64,000 nt of DNA from Candidatus Bipolaricaulota bacterium (GCA_021735245.1 JAIPHJ010000008.1:10-64009); one strand, 5' to 3'; shown: positions 48,507-58,700, counted from the stretch's first letter. Notes: a model not told the origin generated them from the sequence alone. A program made the numbers and translations.

Positions 48507-48811
48507 TTTTCACCCCCTTACTCGTCAAAATCTGGCCGGTGGAAGAAAACAAGTACAGGCAAACGGGGTCCAGTTAGGATTATATAAATGGACCAGGTTC
48601 TGATCAAATTTACCCGGGCAAAGAATAGCCCCAGCCGTAAGTATAGGACCCAGCGGCAGAAATGGGGATAACGGGACAAGTACGTATTATCTCGAGCTGG
48701 AGCCAACCACCTGGATAGTGGACCTTTCGGCGATCCTCGGATTATCCCCAAAGCAAGGGAAAAGCGTGACTGTTCCGGGTAAAGTCCGTAATTCTCAAAA
48801 CGTGGCCGGAC

Positions 48812-51433
48812 CTATAATGGATAATTCATTTTTATCATATCTTCACTTTGGCCCACTACCCGGAACCCCATATGTTTGCTAAAATTAATCATCCGTTTGT
48901 TTTCGACACGAACAAATTCGTAAATGCTATATAGGTCCATATCCTGGGCCCACTCGACAAGCGCCTCCGTTAACTCCCTGCCCAACCCCAAACCCTGCCA
49001 GGGATCGCCAACCACAATAGCGTACTCTCCTTTTTCTCCGGTGGGGTCAACTATTAATCGGGCCATCCCCATCATCTTCTCTTCGCCCCCTTCTTTCAAT
49101 ATTCCCACTATAGCCATTTCGCGGCGATAGTCGATATTGGTGAAGGTGCTCATCTTTCTATGAGTTACCGCCTGGGGAGAGGAGAAAAATCGCTCTCTCC
49201 AGGTCCTCTCGGAAAAGGTGTCAAAGAGTTCTACTTCCAGGGGTTCGTCCTCGGGACGAATTGGACGTATAGTTACAGATCGGCCATCCTTTAACTCGGC
49301 TTCACTTACATAACGCTCAGGATAAGGGCTAATGATCATGTGGGAGTGCGGCCTTTCGTCTTTTTCCGCTTTAGCCGGTCCTAAAGTTACTTCGGTCCCC
49401 AGAGCCCTCAGTTTCTCCTCCGCGAGGACCAGGCGAGGAATATTTATCTCGACAATCTCGGGATAATCTATCAGTAACTGTGAAAATGAAGCCAGCGTCC
49501 TCTCGAGTTCTCGTATTAGGTGTGGAGGGTCCCTGTAAAGATTTTTGAGAAGGCGCTCGATCCCTGCCTCCTCCAGCAGACGGCGGGCCAGTACCTGGTT
49601 TAAAGGTGGAAAACCTACGATATTGCTAACCTTTACGTCGTAGTTTTCCCTTGTTGGATTTACCATAATTAGGGAACCAAATAGACTGTCCCTGTAAGAG
49701 TTGAGACGGATAATCGAAGACCCCTCCGGGACTTTCTCCCGGACGAGTAGTTGGTTATTTTGGTGAGAACCGCTACCAACCATTCTGGAGAGAGCGGATT
49801 CAAGTTGGTCCCAAGTGTTAACCGTTAGCTTCCACCCTCTGTCTCCTTTCAAGGTGAGGGGAAACCCAGCCGTGGAAGCGAACTCTTTTGCCTCCGAAAC
49901 GGAGCAGATCGACTTCTGGTCAAGGGGATTTATATCGTAAGCCCGAAGAAGTTTTCGAGTTTCCGTTTCGGACAACTTAGTTATCCCCTCCTCAATGTCC
50001 TTCTTAATGTGTTTGGGGATAGAGTAAGCGGTTGGGCTGAATTCCAATTGCTCGGGCGTCTGATAAAGCATCTCCAAATTTCGAACGTACTGATAGAGAT
50101 AAAGATAAGCTTTAGCCGCTTGTTCCGGTGCCGTACAGGTGACTATACCGTTATCCCGAAGTTTTTTTCGGCCCTCCCGAGCTTCTTTCCCTCCGATCCA
50201 GGCCGTGAGCACTGGTTTTTCCGTATCTTCTACCACTTCCACCACCGCTTCAGCGGCATCCGTCGCCGGGGCCTCCCCTTGTGGGCAGTAGATGACGAGC
50301 AGGGCATCGACGTCCCCGTCCTCTGAAACTACCCTGCCACATTTTTCGTACCTGGTACTACCCGCATCTCCTAAGACATCTAAAGGATTGCCCGGGTTGG
50401 CTTGAGGGGGTAATAACTTGCCAAGCTTTTGCCGGGTTTCTTTGTGGAAAGTCGCGACTCGCCCACCTTGGTCCAGCAGGGTGTCCAGAGCCAATATGGC
50501 GGGACCGTTTGCGTTGGTAACCACTGCCAGATTCGGACCCTCGGGGAGGGGTTCGTGAGCGAGGATTTCCGAACAAGCAAATAGATCTTCTAAAGTCCTA
50601 ACTCGAGTTATGCCCACTCGCTTGAATAATGCATCGTATACTTCATTCCGCCGGGGGCTAAGCCCTATGTGGGAGGAGACCAGGGACTGGCTTTGAGGGT
50701 GCCTACCCCCTTTAAGACAAATTATAGGCTTCCTCCGGGCAAAGGGCCTGGCTGCTCTGATGAACGCTTCGGGATCCTCCAGAGTTTCCAGATAAAGAAT
50801 AATACTTTTGGTGGAAGGATCTTGACCGTAGTAGTCGATCAGGTCGGCGAAACCAATATCGAGCGTATTACCGATGGAGACGAAGGCGCTAAATCCTATC
50901 CGGGACTCAGTAGCCCAATCGATCAGGCTTGACCCCATTGCCCCGCTCTGGGAAATAAAGGCTACTCCTCCTGGCGAAGGAACCTCTCGAGCAAAGCTCA
51001 AGTTTAACCGGGCGGGAGGCCTGATAAAGCCCAGACAGTTCGGCCCCAAAATTCTCATGCCGTACTTTTTTCTCCCGGCTTCGATTTTTTCTTGTAATTT
51101 TTCCCCTTGAATACCGGCTTCGCTAAATCCAGCGGATATTATTATTACAGCGCTAATTCCCGCCTTCCCGCATTCCTCCACTATAGAAGGAACGGTAGAA
51201 GCGGGGGTGGCGATGATCGCTACGTCTATTGGCTCCGGGATAGCTCCTACGTCCGGATAACTCGTCCGCCCCAGCACTGAATCCCTATTCGGGTTAACCG
51301 CAAAGACTCGACCCTGAAATCCCTGAAGGACGTTTCGCAACAAAGTGGCGCCAACGGACCTTTCGGAACTACTAGCTCCTATCACTGCTACCGAGTTCGG
51401 CTCAAAAAGCTTCTGGAGATTATGTATAGTCAT
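48812..51433 (-). CDS. Bifunctional acyl-CoA ligase-like/GNAT protein lysine acetyltransferase (Pat/PatZ type)
   Basis: VAVIGAS, GPNCLG, SQSGA, NPLD; C-terminal IRPIRPED, IDY.REMA, WQGLGLG. Confidence 0.9.
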   Translation of the reverse strand: MTIHNLQKLFEPNSVAVIGASSSERSVGATLLRNVLQGFQGRVFAVNPNRDSVLGRTSYPDVGAIPEPIDVAIIATPASTVPSIVEECGKAGISAVIIISAGFSEAGIQGEKLQEKIEAGRKKYGMRILGPNCLGFIRPPARLNLSFAREVPSPGGVAFISQSGAMGSSLIDWATESRIGFSAFVSIGNTLDIGFADLIDYYGQDPSTKSIILYLETLEDPEAFIRAARPFARRKPIICLKGGRHPQSQSLVSSHIGLSPRRNEVYDALFKRVGITRVRTLEDLFACSEILAHEPLPEGPNLAVVTNANGPAILALDTLLDQGGRVATFHKETRQKLGKLLPPQANPGNPLDVLGDAGSTRYEKCGRVVSEDGDVDALLVIYCPQGEAPATDAAEAVVEVVEDTEKPVLTAWIGGKEAREGRKKLRDNGIVTCTAPEQAAKAYLYLYQYVRNLEMLYQTPEQLEFSPTAYSIPKHIKKDIEEGITKLSETETRKLLRAYDINPLDQKSICSVSEAKEFASTAGFPLTLKGDRGWKLTVNTWDQLESALSRMVGSGSHQNNQLLVREKVPEGSSIIRLNSYRDSLFGSLIMVNPTRENYDVKVSNIVGFPPLNQVLARRLLEEAGIERLLKNLYRDPPHLIRELERTLASFSQLLIDYPEIVEINIPRLVLAEEKLRALGTEVTLGPAKAEKDERPHSHMIISPYPERYVSEAELKDGRSVTIRPIRPEDEPLEVELFDTFSERTWRERFFSSPQAVTHRKMSTFTNIDYRREMAIVGILKEGGEEKMMGMARLIVDPTGEKGEYAIVVGDPWQGLGLGRELTEALVEWAQDMDLYSIYEFVRVENKRMINFSKHMGFRVVGQSEDMIKMNYPL

Positions 51434-51654
51434 AAAGCTCTCCAGGGAACAGTTGGGCGGCCAGGATTGTTGCTCCTAAACGCAAAACTAAATGGATTAA
51501 GAAGGTTTTACCTTCGACTTTTATTCTACCCTTATACTGGACCAAAGAGTGGTAATTTTCAAACTGGTTCGTCTCTACGTGTCTGGAAAATTCTCCTTTC
51601 TCTTTACTTTCCTAATTACTCGAGACTTTATCCATCAATCAAAACGACTCCATT

Positions 51655-51709
51655 CCACACAAAATCTACACATCTCGTTCACAGGTTTCCCACAAACGGG
51701 GAGTATATT
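51655..51709 (+). promoter_or_regulatory. OmpR-type tandem direct-repeat operator and -10 box
   Basis: CACA at 51658, 51669, 51680, 51691 (11-bp period); TATATT at 51704. Confidence 0.65.
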
Positions 51710-51749
51710 TATGTCAATTAGGTATTAGAAAAATAATCCTCCACTGGAG

Positions 51750-52445
51750 GTGGAGAAAATGAAACAAAGTCTAATTAATAACAAAACAACAGCATTGTTT
51801 TTTAGCCTGATTATTGGTCTGCTATTAGTCGGTAGCTCATTCGGCACGATGGCCCTCGCGGGGGAGGACCAATACGGGGCAGAAAACGTAAACGCGGAGC
51901 AAACCTACACGATCGAAGAGATGTTGAACTACGCGATAGAGGACGAGTACAAGGCACGTGCTGAGTACGAACTAATAATCGAGGAGATGGATAGAGGAAG
52001 GCCATTTACGAACATAGTCAAGGCTGAAGAGACTCACATCGCAATGCTGACGTCGCTGTTCGCAAAATACGGAGTTGAACTGCCAGCGGATAACGCGTTC
52101 GAACACACGGTATTGCCTAATAGCATCGATTCGGCCTTAGAGACGGGCGTTAAGGCTGAGATAGACAACATAGCGATGTACGAGCAGTTCCTCAGTCAGG
52201 ACCTCCCGGAGGATATTGAAGACACCTGTATCAGGTTGAAGAATGGATCACAAAACCACCTTGAAGCTTTTCAACGGGTACTTTCTGGTGGCAACCAGAA
52301 CGTGGGCCGCGGTGAGAAATCCGGAGAGAATCGGGGACCAATGAAGGACCGTAATAAAGGAACTATGAACGACGAAAACCGTAACGGAAAGGGCCCCCAT
52401 GGACAATTGAACCGGGAAAATAACCGGAAAGATGGCAGGAACTAA
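51750..52445 (+). CDS. DUF2202-like secreted ferritin-fold protein with Gly/Asn/Arg-rich tail
   Basis: AIEDEYKARAEY, PF.NI..AE.TH, AEIDNIAMY, SQNHL. Confidence 0.8.
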   Translation: MEKMKQSLINNKTTALFFSLIIGLLLVGSSFGTMALAGEDQYGAENVNAEQTYTIEEMLNYAIEDEYKARAEYELIIEEMDRGRPFTNIVKAEETHIAMLTSLFAKYGVELPADNAFEHTVLPNSIDSALETGVKAEIDNIAMYEQFLSQDLPEDIEDTCIRLKNGSQNHLEAFQRVLSGGNQNVGRGEKSGENRGPMKDRNKGTMNDENRNGKGPHGQLNRENNRKDGRN

Positions 52446-52656
52446 TTGCTCTCCGGACTAACTGCTTATCTTGCTAATGGCCGGGTGGATACTCTGCTCG
52501 GCTTATCTCTTTACAGCAAGTAAAGCCCGAATGCCGCAACGTCGTACTAAGGATTTCTGATCAATAATTGAGAGGTTAGTAAAAGTCCTATATAACTAGA
52601 ATACCTAAGTTTGAAATCATCAGGACGCACGAAGAAGATAATCGGAGGAAACAAGT

Positions 52657-53352
52657 ATGCAGAAAGTACTCGTGATCGAGGACGAGGGCAGAATAGTAAG
52701 GTTGATCAGGGATTACCTGGAAAAAGAAGGTTATAAAGTCATCGACGCCCGAGACGGGGAAGAAGGTCTTGTGGCCTTTGAGCGCCAGGAACCTGCTCTG
52801 ATAATTCTGGACCTGATGTTGCCGAAAAAGGACGGCCTGGAGGTGGCGAAAGAGATAAGGAAGGAGTCTCAGGTCCCAATCATCATGTTGACGGCAAAGA
52901 CGGAAGAAGCTGACCGAGTAACCGGGCTGGAGATCGGTGCCGATGACTACGTGACCAAACCGTTCAGTCTTAGGGAACTGGCTGCCCGGATCAAGGCAGT
53001 TCTGCGCCGTTCCGAGGGAGATCTCGAAAAACAGGATAGGGTCAAGCGGGGAGAGCTGTCGATCAATCCAGAAACTCATCAGGTAAAACTCGAGGGCGAG
53101 GTAGTCGACCTAACCCCGACGGAATTTGCCCTGCTTCTCGCCCTGGCTAGGAGACCCGGCCGTGCCTTTACGAGAAAAAGCTTGCTGGAAGAGATCGGTC
53201 ACTTTCCCGGCGAAAACGTAAAACGGAAGATAGATACTCATGTAAAAAACCTGCGAAAAAAACTGTCCGGTCCGGACGAGCGACCCCGGTTTATCGAAAC
53301 CGTCCACGGGGTTGGCTACCGGTTTCGAAAGGATAATGGCGAGGAGACATGA
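52657..53352 (+). CDS. OmpR-family response regulator
   Basis: IEDE, LDLMLP, MLTAK, GADDYVTKPF; winged helix TVHGVGY. Confidence 0.95.
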   Translation: MQKVLVIEDEGRIVRLIRDYLEKEGYKVIDARDGEEGLVAFERQEPALIILDLMLPKKDGLEVAKEIRKESQVPIIMLTAKTEEADRVTGLEIGADDYVTKPFSLRELAARIKAVLRRSEGDLEKQDRVKRGELSINPETHQVKLEGEVVDLTPTEFALLLALARRPGRAFTRKSLLEEIGHFPGENVKRKIDTHVKNLRKKLSGPDERPRFIETVHGVGYRFRKDNGEET

Positions 53353-54743
53353 AAAACCTCTTTAGTTCCTTTCGTTTCAAACTGGTTTTATCACTTTTCC
53401 TAATAGTTATCGTAATTCTTGGTTCCCTCTACTACGTCGTAAACCGAACTACCCAGAGCGAGTTTCGGGATTACGTCGTCCGCGGTCGGAGTAACCAGCT
53501 ACGGGGAACCAGGGAAACGCTACTGAGTTACTACCGTACTAACGGTTCCTGGAACGGAGCGGATTCGGTATTCAAGGATAGAGTTGGATCCAATGTAGGA
53601 GGTAACGGAAAAGGCCCGGGAAGTTCGGCCAGTTCTCCGGCCAGCGGCGCACGCCACGTAGCTCTGGTCGGACCTGACGGACGAATTATTGCGTCCTACG
53701 ACGGGGAGATGGTCGGAAAGAAAATACCCGGCGATTTGCTCTCTCAGGGCATATCACTTGAGCTGGATGGCAAAAAGATAGGAACGTTGCTTGCCGGACC
53801 GCTCCTGGCCGCCGAACTGGACCAGTCGGAGCGGCAATTCCTGGAATCGGTAAACAGGAGGATAATTTATGCGGGGGCTGTCGGCCTTGCCGTCGCGCTT
53901 TTGCTCGGTTGGCTGCTGATCAAACAGCTGACCAGGCCTTTGAACAAGCTGACCCGGGCCACCAGGGAGGTCTCCCAGGGTAAACTGGACCACCGAGTTT
54001 CCGTGGATTCGAATGACGAGCTAGGAGAACTAGCCGAGTCGTTTAACAGGATGACGAGCAGCCTGCAGGAGTCGGAAGAAATTAGACGTCGGATGATCGG
54101 AGATATCGCACATGAATTGCGAACCCCGTTGACTGTTTTAAACGGCGAAGTGGAGGCAATCAGGGAGGGAGTTTACGAGCCGACCGACGAAAAACTGGAG
54201 GAAATTCAGGAAGATATAAATTTGCTCAATCGACTGATTGAGGACCTGCGCGAGCTGACGCTTGCCGAGGCCGGCGAACTTGAATTAAACAGGGAGCCTG
54301 TGGACCTCGCCGAGCTTATTAGGAAGTCAACCAACAAGTTGAGCGATCTCACTGCCGAAAGCGACGTAGAACTAAAGACTGATTTACCAGAAGCTGTGCC
54401 CGAGACAGAGCTTGACGCAGACAGGATATTGCAGGTAATCAACAACTTAGTAAAGAACGCGATCAGTCATACCGAATCCGGAGAAGTTCGGATAAGTCTG
54501 GAGGAACAACCTGAAGATATAGTTATGAAAATTACCGATACCGGGGAAGGAATCCCGGAGGATAAGCTGGAACATGTTTTCGACCGATTTTACCGGGTGG
54601 ACAGCTCTCGTTCCGGCGAAGGTGGATCCGGTCTGGGTCTATCGATAGCCAAGGAGTTAGTCCGGGCCCACGGCGGAGAGATCTGGATCAACTCCGAACC
54701 AGGAAATGGAACCACCGTAAGTTTCTCCCTTCCAAAGAATTAA
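53349..54743 (+). CDS. HAMP sensor histidine kinase (BaeS-like)
   Basis: Two TMs, HAMP, AHELRTP, N box, DTGEGI, FDRFYR, GSGLGL. Confidence 0.95.
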   Translation: MKNLFSSFRFKLVLSLFLIVIVILGSLYYVVNRTTQSEFRDYVVRGRSNQLRGTRETLLSYYRTNGSWNGADSVFKDRVGSNVGGNGKGPGSSASSPASGARHVALVGPDGRIIASYDGEMVGKKIPGDLLSQGISLELDGKKIGTLLAGPLLAAELDQSERQFLESVNRRIIYAGAVGLAVALLLGWLLIKQLTRPLNKLTRATREVSQGKLDHRVSVDSNDELGELAESFNRMTSSLQESEEIRRRMIGDIAHELRTPLTVLNGEVEAIREGVYEPTDEKLEEIQEDINLLNRLIEDLRELTLAEAGELELNREPVDLAELIRKSTNKLSDLTAESDVELKTDLPEAVPETELDADRILQVINNLVKNAISHTESGEVRISLEEQPEDIVMKITDTGEGIPEDKLEHVFDRFYRVDSSRSGEGGSGLGLSIAKELVRAHGGEIWINSEPGNGTTVSFSLPKN

Positions 54744-54782
54744 TTCCAATCTTCCCTCAGTTAAAAAGTAAGAGATTCAAAA

Positions 54783-54837
54783 CCACACATAATCTTCACA
54801 GTTAACACATCGGTTCGACACATTCCCGGTATATACT
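54783..54837 (+). promoter_or_regulatory. OmpR-type direct-repeat operator and -10 box
   Basis: CACA at 54786, 54797, 54806 (off phase), 54819; TATACT at 54832. Confidence 0.6.
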
Positions 54838-54868
54838 TTCCCTGAATTAACATAAGAGGTGAAACAAA

Positions 54869-55534
54869 ATGTTATCAAAAAACTTCAAAATCACGAGCGT
54901 ACTTTCACTGGTATTGGTTTTAGGCCTTATGGTCACTAGTTTTGTCGGGTTTGCCGGTAACGGGTTCGGTTCTGAAGGAGAAAGGATCTTGAAAGAGACT
55001 TACATCGACCTTTTGGCACCGAAGCTGGGGCTGGAAACGGAGAATCTGGATGCGCTGATGGATAAAGCGATGAACCAGGCAGTAGCCGAGGATGAAAGGC
55101 CGATAGGTGACAACTACCTGGAAATTCTGGTTGCCGAAGTGGCGGATATGGACGTCGAAAAATTGAAGACAACGATGGTAGAAACGAAAGCGGAAGCCGC
55201 GGACAAGCTAGCGGCGGAAGGGGCGATAAGCGAAGAGCTGGCAAACACCTTCAAAGAGAGGGCTTCGACCTTCCCGTTTGGCTACTCCAACCAGGGTGCC
55301 GAGAAGGGGAAAAGTCAGAGATCGTCTCCGGGCAAGGCACAAAATAGGGACGGTAACCAGTACGGCGCAGCTGACGGCACTGGCTCCGCCTTACAGCCTG
55401 AAGACGGCACCGGTTACGGACCGGGAGCCGGTCGGGCAAATGACGGGACATGTGATGGAGGCGGTCCGCACGGAAGACAGGCCGGGGATGACGAGGAAAG
55501 AGGCAGTCGGAATGGTGGACGACGTAAAAACTAA
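54869..55534 (+). CDS. Secreted helical protein with Gly-rich low-complexity tail
   Basis: Signal peptide ending VGFA; repeated DGTG motifs; GAGGTGA RBS. Confidence 0.75.
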   Translation: MLSKNFKITSVLSLVLVLGLMVTSFVGFAGNGFGSEGERILKETYIDLLAPKLGLETENLDALMDKAMNQAVAEDERPIGDNYLEILVAEVADMDVEKLKTTMVETKAEAADKLAAEGAISEELANTFKERASTFPFGYSNQGAEKGKSQRSSPGKAQNRDGNQYGAADGTGSALQPEDGTGYGPGAGRANDGTCDGGGPHGRQAGDDEERGSRNGGRRKN

Positions 55535-55566
55535 ATAGTTGCAGATCAGTTAAAGCAAAGCTCCAT

Positions 55567-55596
55567 AGCCAGGTGGTCGGTTGACCACCTGGCTTT
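55567..55596 (+). terminator. Rho-independent terminator
   Basis: AGCCAGGTGGTC-GGTT-GACCACCTGGCT-TT. Confidence 0.75.
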
Positions 55597-55947
55597 CTAT
55601 TTTACCCCAAATATTGAATTGACGGCTTCCCCATGTTTTCAATTTGACGGCAACTTTGATAGGCCAAGCAAATCAAAGCCGACTCAATAGCTCGTTCAGA
55701 GTATGCTATGACTTCAGAGAGGGGTTAGATGCAACATGAAACCCAAAGGCAGCCAAGAAGTTATTCTATCTACCAAACAAAGAACAGTCCGAGGACTGGA
55801 CCAAGATAAGGATACGTGGCTTTAAAAAGCACGAGACCAATTAGAGGAAATGTTTGAAGAGCGTTACGGGACGAACCGAAACAAATCAGATCAGTCAACC
55901 CGGGAGGAGACCCCTGAAGTTGGGAATACACAACTTTTTTTGCACTA

Positions 55948-56195
55948 CTGAAGATAGAATCAACCGAGGTAGAACCAATAAGTGAAGAAGAAATAAAAGG
56001 AGAGGTAGATGACCTACACAAATTACTTACCAAAGGTAGCTTCTTTGAGCAGAAACAATTCCTTTCCAAGTTCATAGAAGAAATTATCGTGAACCCATTG
56101 GTAAAGTCGAAAATGAGTTTTCTTAGTTCACTAGGTAAGAACGAATAGGTTAAGCAATCTAGCTCCCCGGCGTGCACTTCATACAAACTTTTGTA
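55948..56195 (+). pseudogene. C-terminal remnant of a large serine recombinase (absent from the ORF track)
   Basis: Manual translation LKIESTEVEPISEEEIKGEVDDLHKLLTKGSFFEQKQFLSKFIEEIIVNP resembles the LSR coiled-coil-distal 'E.K..L...I..I.V' pattern. Confidence 0.55.
56162..56192 (+). repeat. att-like direct repeat, copy 1
   Basis: GCTCCCCGGCGTGCACTTCATACAAACTTTT; 28/31 identical to 57378-57408. Confidence 0.8.
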
Positions 56196-56462
56196 CTGAT
56201 TTTGGATTAAAAATGGTTTTGGTCGTAATGTATTTTGACTTAGATAAATCAGCAGGATTTTTATTTAAGCAGTAATTCTCCCGGATTCGAGAATTTTATT
56301 TTAGCTTCTTAGTATAGGGGGTGATGCGAAAAAAATACGCACCCACTCTTCCCATGAAATTGCGATATAACATGAAAAGTTTTATTATAAAAATTAATTG
56401 GGTGTTTTGATAAAATTCTAAAATTTGTCTAAATTCTTATTGTTAAGCCTGTTTAATTCACA

Positions 56463-57185
56463 TTGAAACTAACAATTTCCCCGAAGATAAAAAGTTTTCT
56501 CGACAATAGAAGTCAAATTTTTTGGGGGGCATTTTATTTTCTTTTAGGGAGTATTGTTACCTTATTGATTGGAATGTGGACTTCTGGTCGACTCAGAACA
56601 ACTGGAAAACACATTGAGATTAAGGCAACAGGTCAAGTGCTCCTCACTTCCAATGATCAGCCTGATGTATCTTTATTATATAAAGGGGAAAAATTCCCTA
56701 ATCTTAGAATAATTACAGTCAGGATTTCCAATGTCGGTACTAAGGGTATGAATGGTATAGCTGGAAATAAAAACGTTTCTCAACCAATAAGGTTCTCTTT
56801 TAGTAAAGCTAAGTCAGAATTGTTAGGAGCGAGCGTCAATAGAAATCCAACTGGGGTTAAAGTAAAACGCAGATTAATAAAAGAAAAAGATAAATTGGTA
56901 GTCGAATTTGATGTATTAAACAAAAAGAATTACTTCTCTTTAAATATTTTCTATTCTGCAAGCCAGAAGATATGTCCTAAAGTAGACGGAAAGTTCAAAG
57001 ATATAAGTCGAAATGAATTGAATACTCTGAAAAATTGCCCCCTTCAAGAAAGACAGGGGCTTTTCCCCTTTTGGTGGCCACTATTAATTATTATGGGAGT
57101 GAGTGTATTAATAATGATTTTGTCCGTTTTTCGCAATATATTAGGGAAAGTAAAATATGAATACGTGGCTAAAAAGGATAAGTAA
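56463..57185 (+). CDS. AT-rich hypothetical membrane protein with N- and C-terminal TM segments
   Basis: 240-aa ORF with markedly lower GC and basic composition. Confidence 0.65.
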   Translation: MKLTISPKIKSFLDNRSQIFWGAFYFLLGSIVTLLIGMWTSGRLRTTGKHIEIKATGQVLLTSNDQPDVSLLYKGEKFPNLRIITVRISNVGTKGMNGIAGNKNVSQPIRFSFSKAKSELLGASVNRNPTGVKVKRRLIKEKDKLVVEFDVLNKKNYFSLNIFYSASQKICPKVDGKFKDISRNELNTLKNCPLQERQGLFPFWWPLLIIMGVSVLIMILSVFRNILGKVKYEYVAKKDK

Positions 57186-57377
57186 ATTTAATACTTAAAA
57201 AAGCTACTCTTCTTATTAAGGAAATATCGGGAGAAGAGTGTGCTAAATCAAAACCAGTTTACTCCAGTAAAGTCAAAAGGTGAGAACCCTCGTTTATTTC
57301 GGCAGAAGAGTTGACGTAAAGATATAACGATTATCTAAAAAAGTTGAGTGTCTTTGTGAAGAAAAAGAACCTATTTT

Positions 57378-57408
57378 GCTCCCCGGGATGCACTTCATAA
57401 AAACTTTT
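57378..57408 (+). repeat. att-like direct repeat, copy 2
   Basis: GCTCCCCGGGATGCACTTCATAAAAACTTTT. Confidence 0.8.
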
Positions 57409-57431
57409 AGAGTGATAATTAAATGAGATTT

Positions 57432-57482
57432 TACTAGTAGGTATTCCTTAACGTCCGGATCATATCAAAGCTCCCAACTCAT
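57432..57482 (-). pseudogene. Truncated RelE/ParE-like toxin remnant
   Basis: ATGA overlap with the antitoxin stop codon; reads MSWEL*YDPDVKEYL. Confidence 0.5.
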
Positions 57483-57703
57483 TTGAGATTCTCAAAAACT
57501 TCCTCATGGGAAAGAGTATTCCCCGACTCGTAGTTTTCCAGAGCCTTTTGTCGAATTTCTTCGAGGGACACCTTGCGTAAAATTACGTTGCCATCTCTTT
57601 CTATGAGTGCTAGCTTGTCACCTTTTTTCAGTTCCAGTTTCTCACGAATCTCCTTGGGTATGGTTATCTGTCCCTTGCTGGTGAGGGTTGCGGTAGTGGT
57701 CAT
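57479..57703 (-). CDS. AbrB/MazE/SpoVT-family antitoxin
   Basis: TSKGQITIPKEIREKL.L..GD.L; C-terminal G.TLSHEEV; GGAGG RBS. Confidence 0.9.
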   Translation of the reverse strand: MTTTATLTSKGQITIPKEIREKLELKKGDKLALIERDGNVILRKVSLEEIRQKALENYESGNTLSHEEVFENLK

Positions 57704-57957
57704 GATTACCCTCCTATTTATTTGTTGAATCGAGTAAGAAATCCTTACTTAGGCTAAAATTACTATACTATGATAAACTGAAATTATCAAACTCGCCGGT
57801 TTCGCCAACTGTAAATGATCTTACTAGGGTTCGTTCTTTTACCAGTGTGTCTGTTGGCCGAAACAAGGCTCCATGCAAAGCCAAAGAGTTTATAAGGCTC
57901 ATTTTGGATTTAGTGTATTATAGCCTCCAGAGGCGAGGGTTGGGGCTGTCGTAACTT

Positions 57958-57989
57958 TTAACAAATTCTTAACATTTCATTAATAAGTT
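57958..57989 (+). promoter_or_regulatory. TTAACA direct repeats (OmpR/PhoP-type box) and -10 of a probable leaderless transcript
   Basis: TTAACA 57958, TTAACA 57969, TTAATA 57980; TAAGTT at 57984-57989, 6 nt before the ATG. Confidence 0.55.
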
Positions 57990-57995
57990 ATCTAT

Positions 57996-58700
57996 ATGGA
58001 CAAGAAAATACTGGTTGTCGACGACGATAAAGAGCTCGTGGATTTCCTCGAAGATTATCTTGAAAAAGACGGGTACTCCGTCACGGGAGCCTACAACGGG
58101 AAAGAAGCTCTCCAGTTATTTAGAAAGCGTGAGTTTGACCTGGTCGTCCTGGATCTCATGCTACCGGAGATGGACGGTTACAACGTATGTAAAAGGATGA
58201 GGCGCGATTCGGAAGTACCCATAGTTATGCTTACCGCGAAAACGGCCGATGAAGAAAAGATAAAAGGTCTCGATCTTGGAGCGGACGATTACGTGACGAA
58301 GCCGTTTAATCCGGGAGAACTACTGGCCAGGATCAGAGCCTCGCTCAGGAGAGTCGAGAATGAAGATCAGCCAAAAGAACTCACTTACGGGGACCTTACC
58401 GTCAATTTTTCGAGAAAAGAGGTCCTACTGGACAACGAACCTGTAGACATTACCCCGACTGAGTTCAAAATACTGGCGGCCCTGGTCAAAGAACCGGACA
58501 AGGTATTTTCGAGAACTCAGCTTATCCATGCCGCCCTGGGCTTCGGGTACGAAAGCTTCGAGAGGACAATCGATGTGCATATCAAACACCTGAGGGACAA
58601 GATCGAACCGGATCCCCAGGATCCCAGTTATATAAAGACCGTCTTCGGTATGGGTTATAAGTTCGATTCCAGAGGGAAAGAAGGAGGTAGCGAAACATGA
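57996..58700 (+). CDS. OmpR-family response regulator
   Basis: VDDD, LDLMLP, MLTAK, GADDYVTKPF, RTIDVHI, TVFGMGY. Confidence 0.95.
   Translation: MDKKILVVDDDKELVDFLEDYLEKDGYSVTGAYNGKEALQLFRKREFDLVVLDLMLPEMDGYNVCKRMRRDSEVPIVMLTAKTADEEKIKGLDLGADDYVTKPFNPGELLARIRASLRRVENEDQPKELTYGDLTVNFSRKEVLLDNEPVDITPTEFKILAALVKEPDKVFSRTQLIHAALGFGYESFERTIDVHIKHLRDKIEPDPQDPSYIKTVFGMGYKFDSRGKEGGSET

Noticed and set aside
48518-48751. 77-aa ORF between the Pat and zinc-ribbon genes
   Set aside because: No RBS or recognisable motif, and atypical composition
52588-53079. 163-aa minus-strand ORF
   Set aside because: Antisense shadow of the response regulator
56160-56175. GCTCCCCGG as the reverse complement of a tRNA 3' end
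   Set aside because: No T-arm or remaining tRNA structure is adjacent; treated only as an att-like repeat
55770-56186. 138-aa minus-strand ORF
   Set aside because: Ser/Phe-rich antisense of the plus-strand recombinase-like remnant
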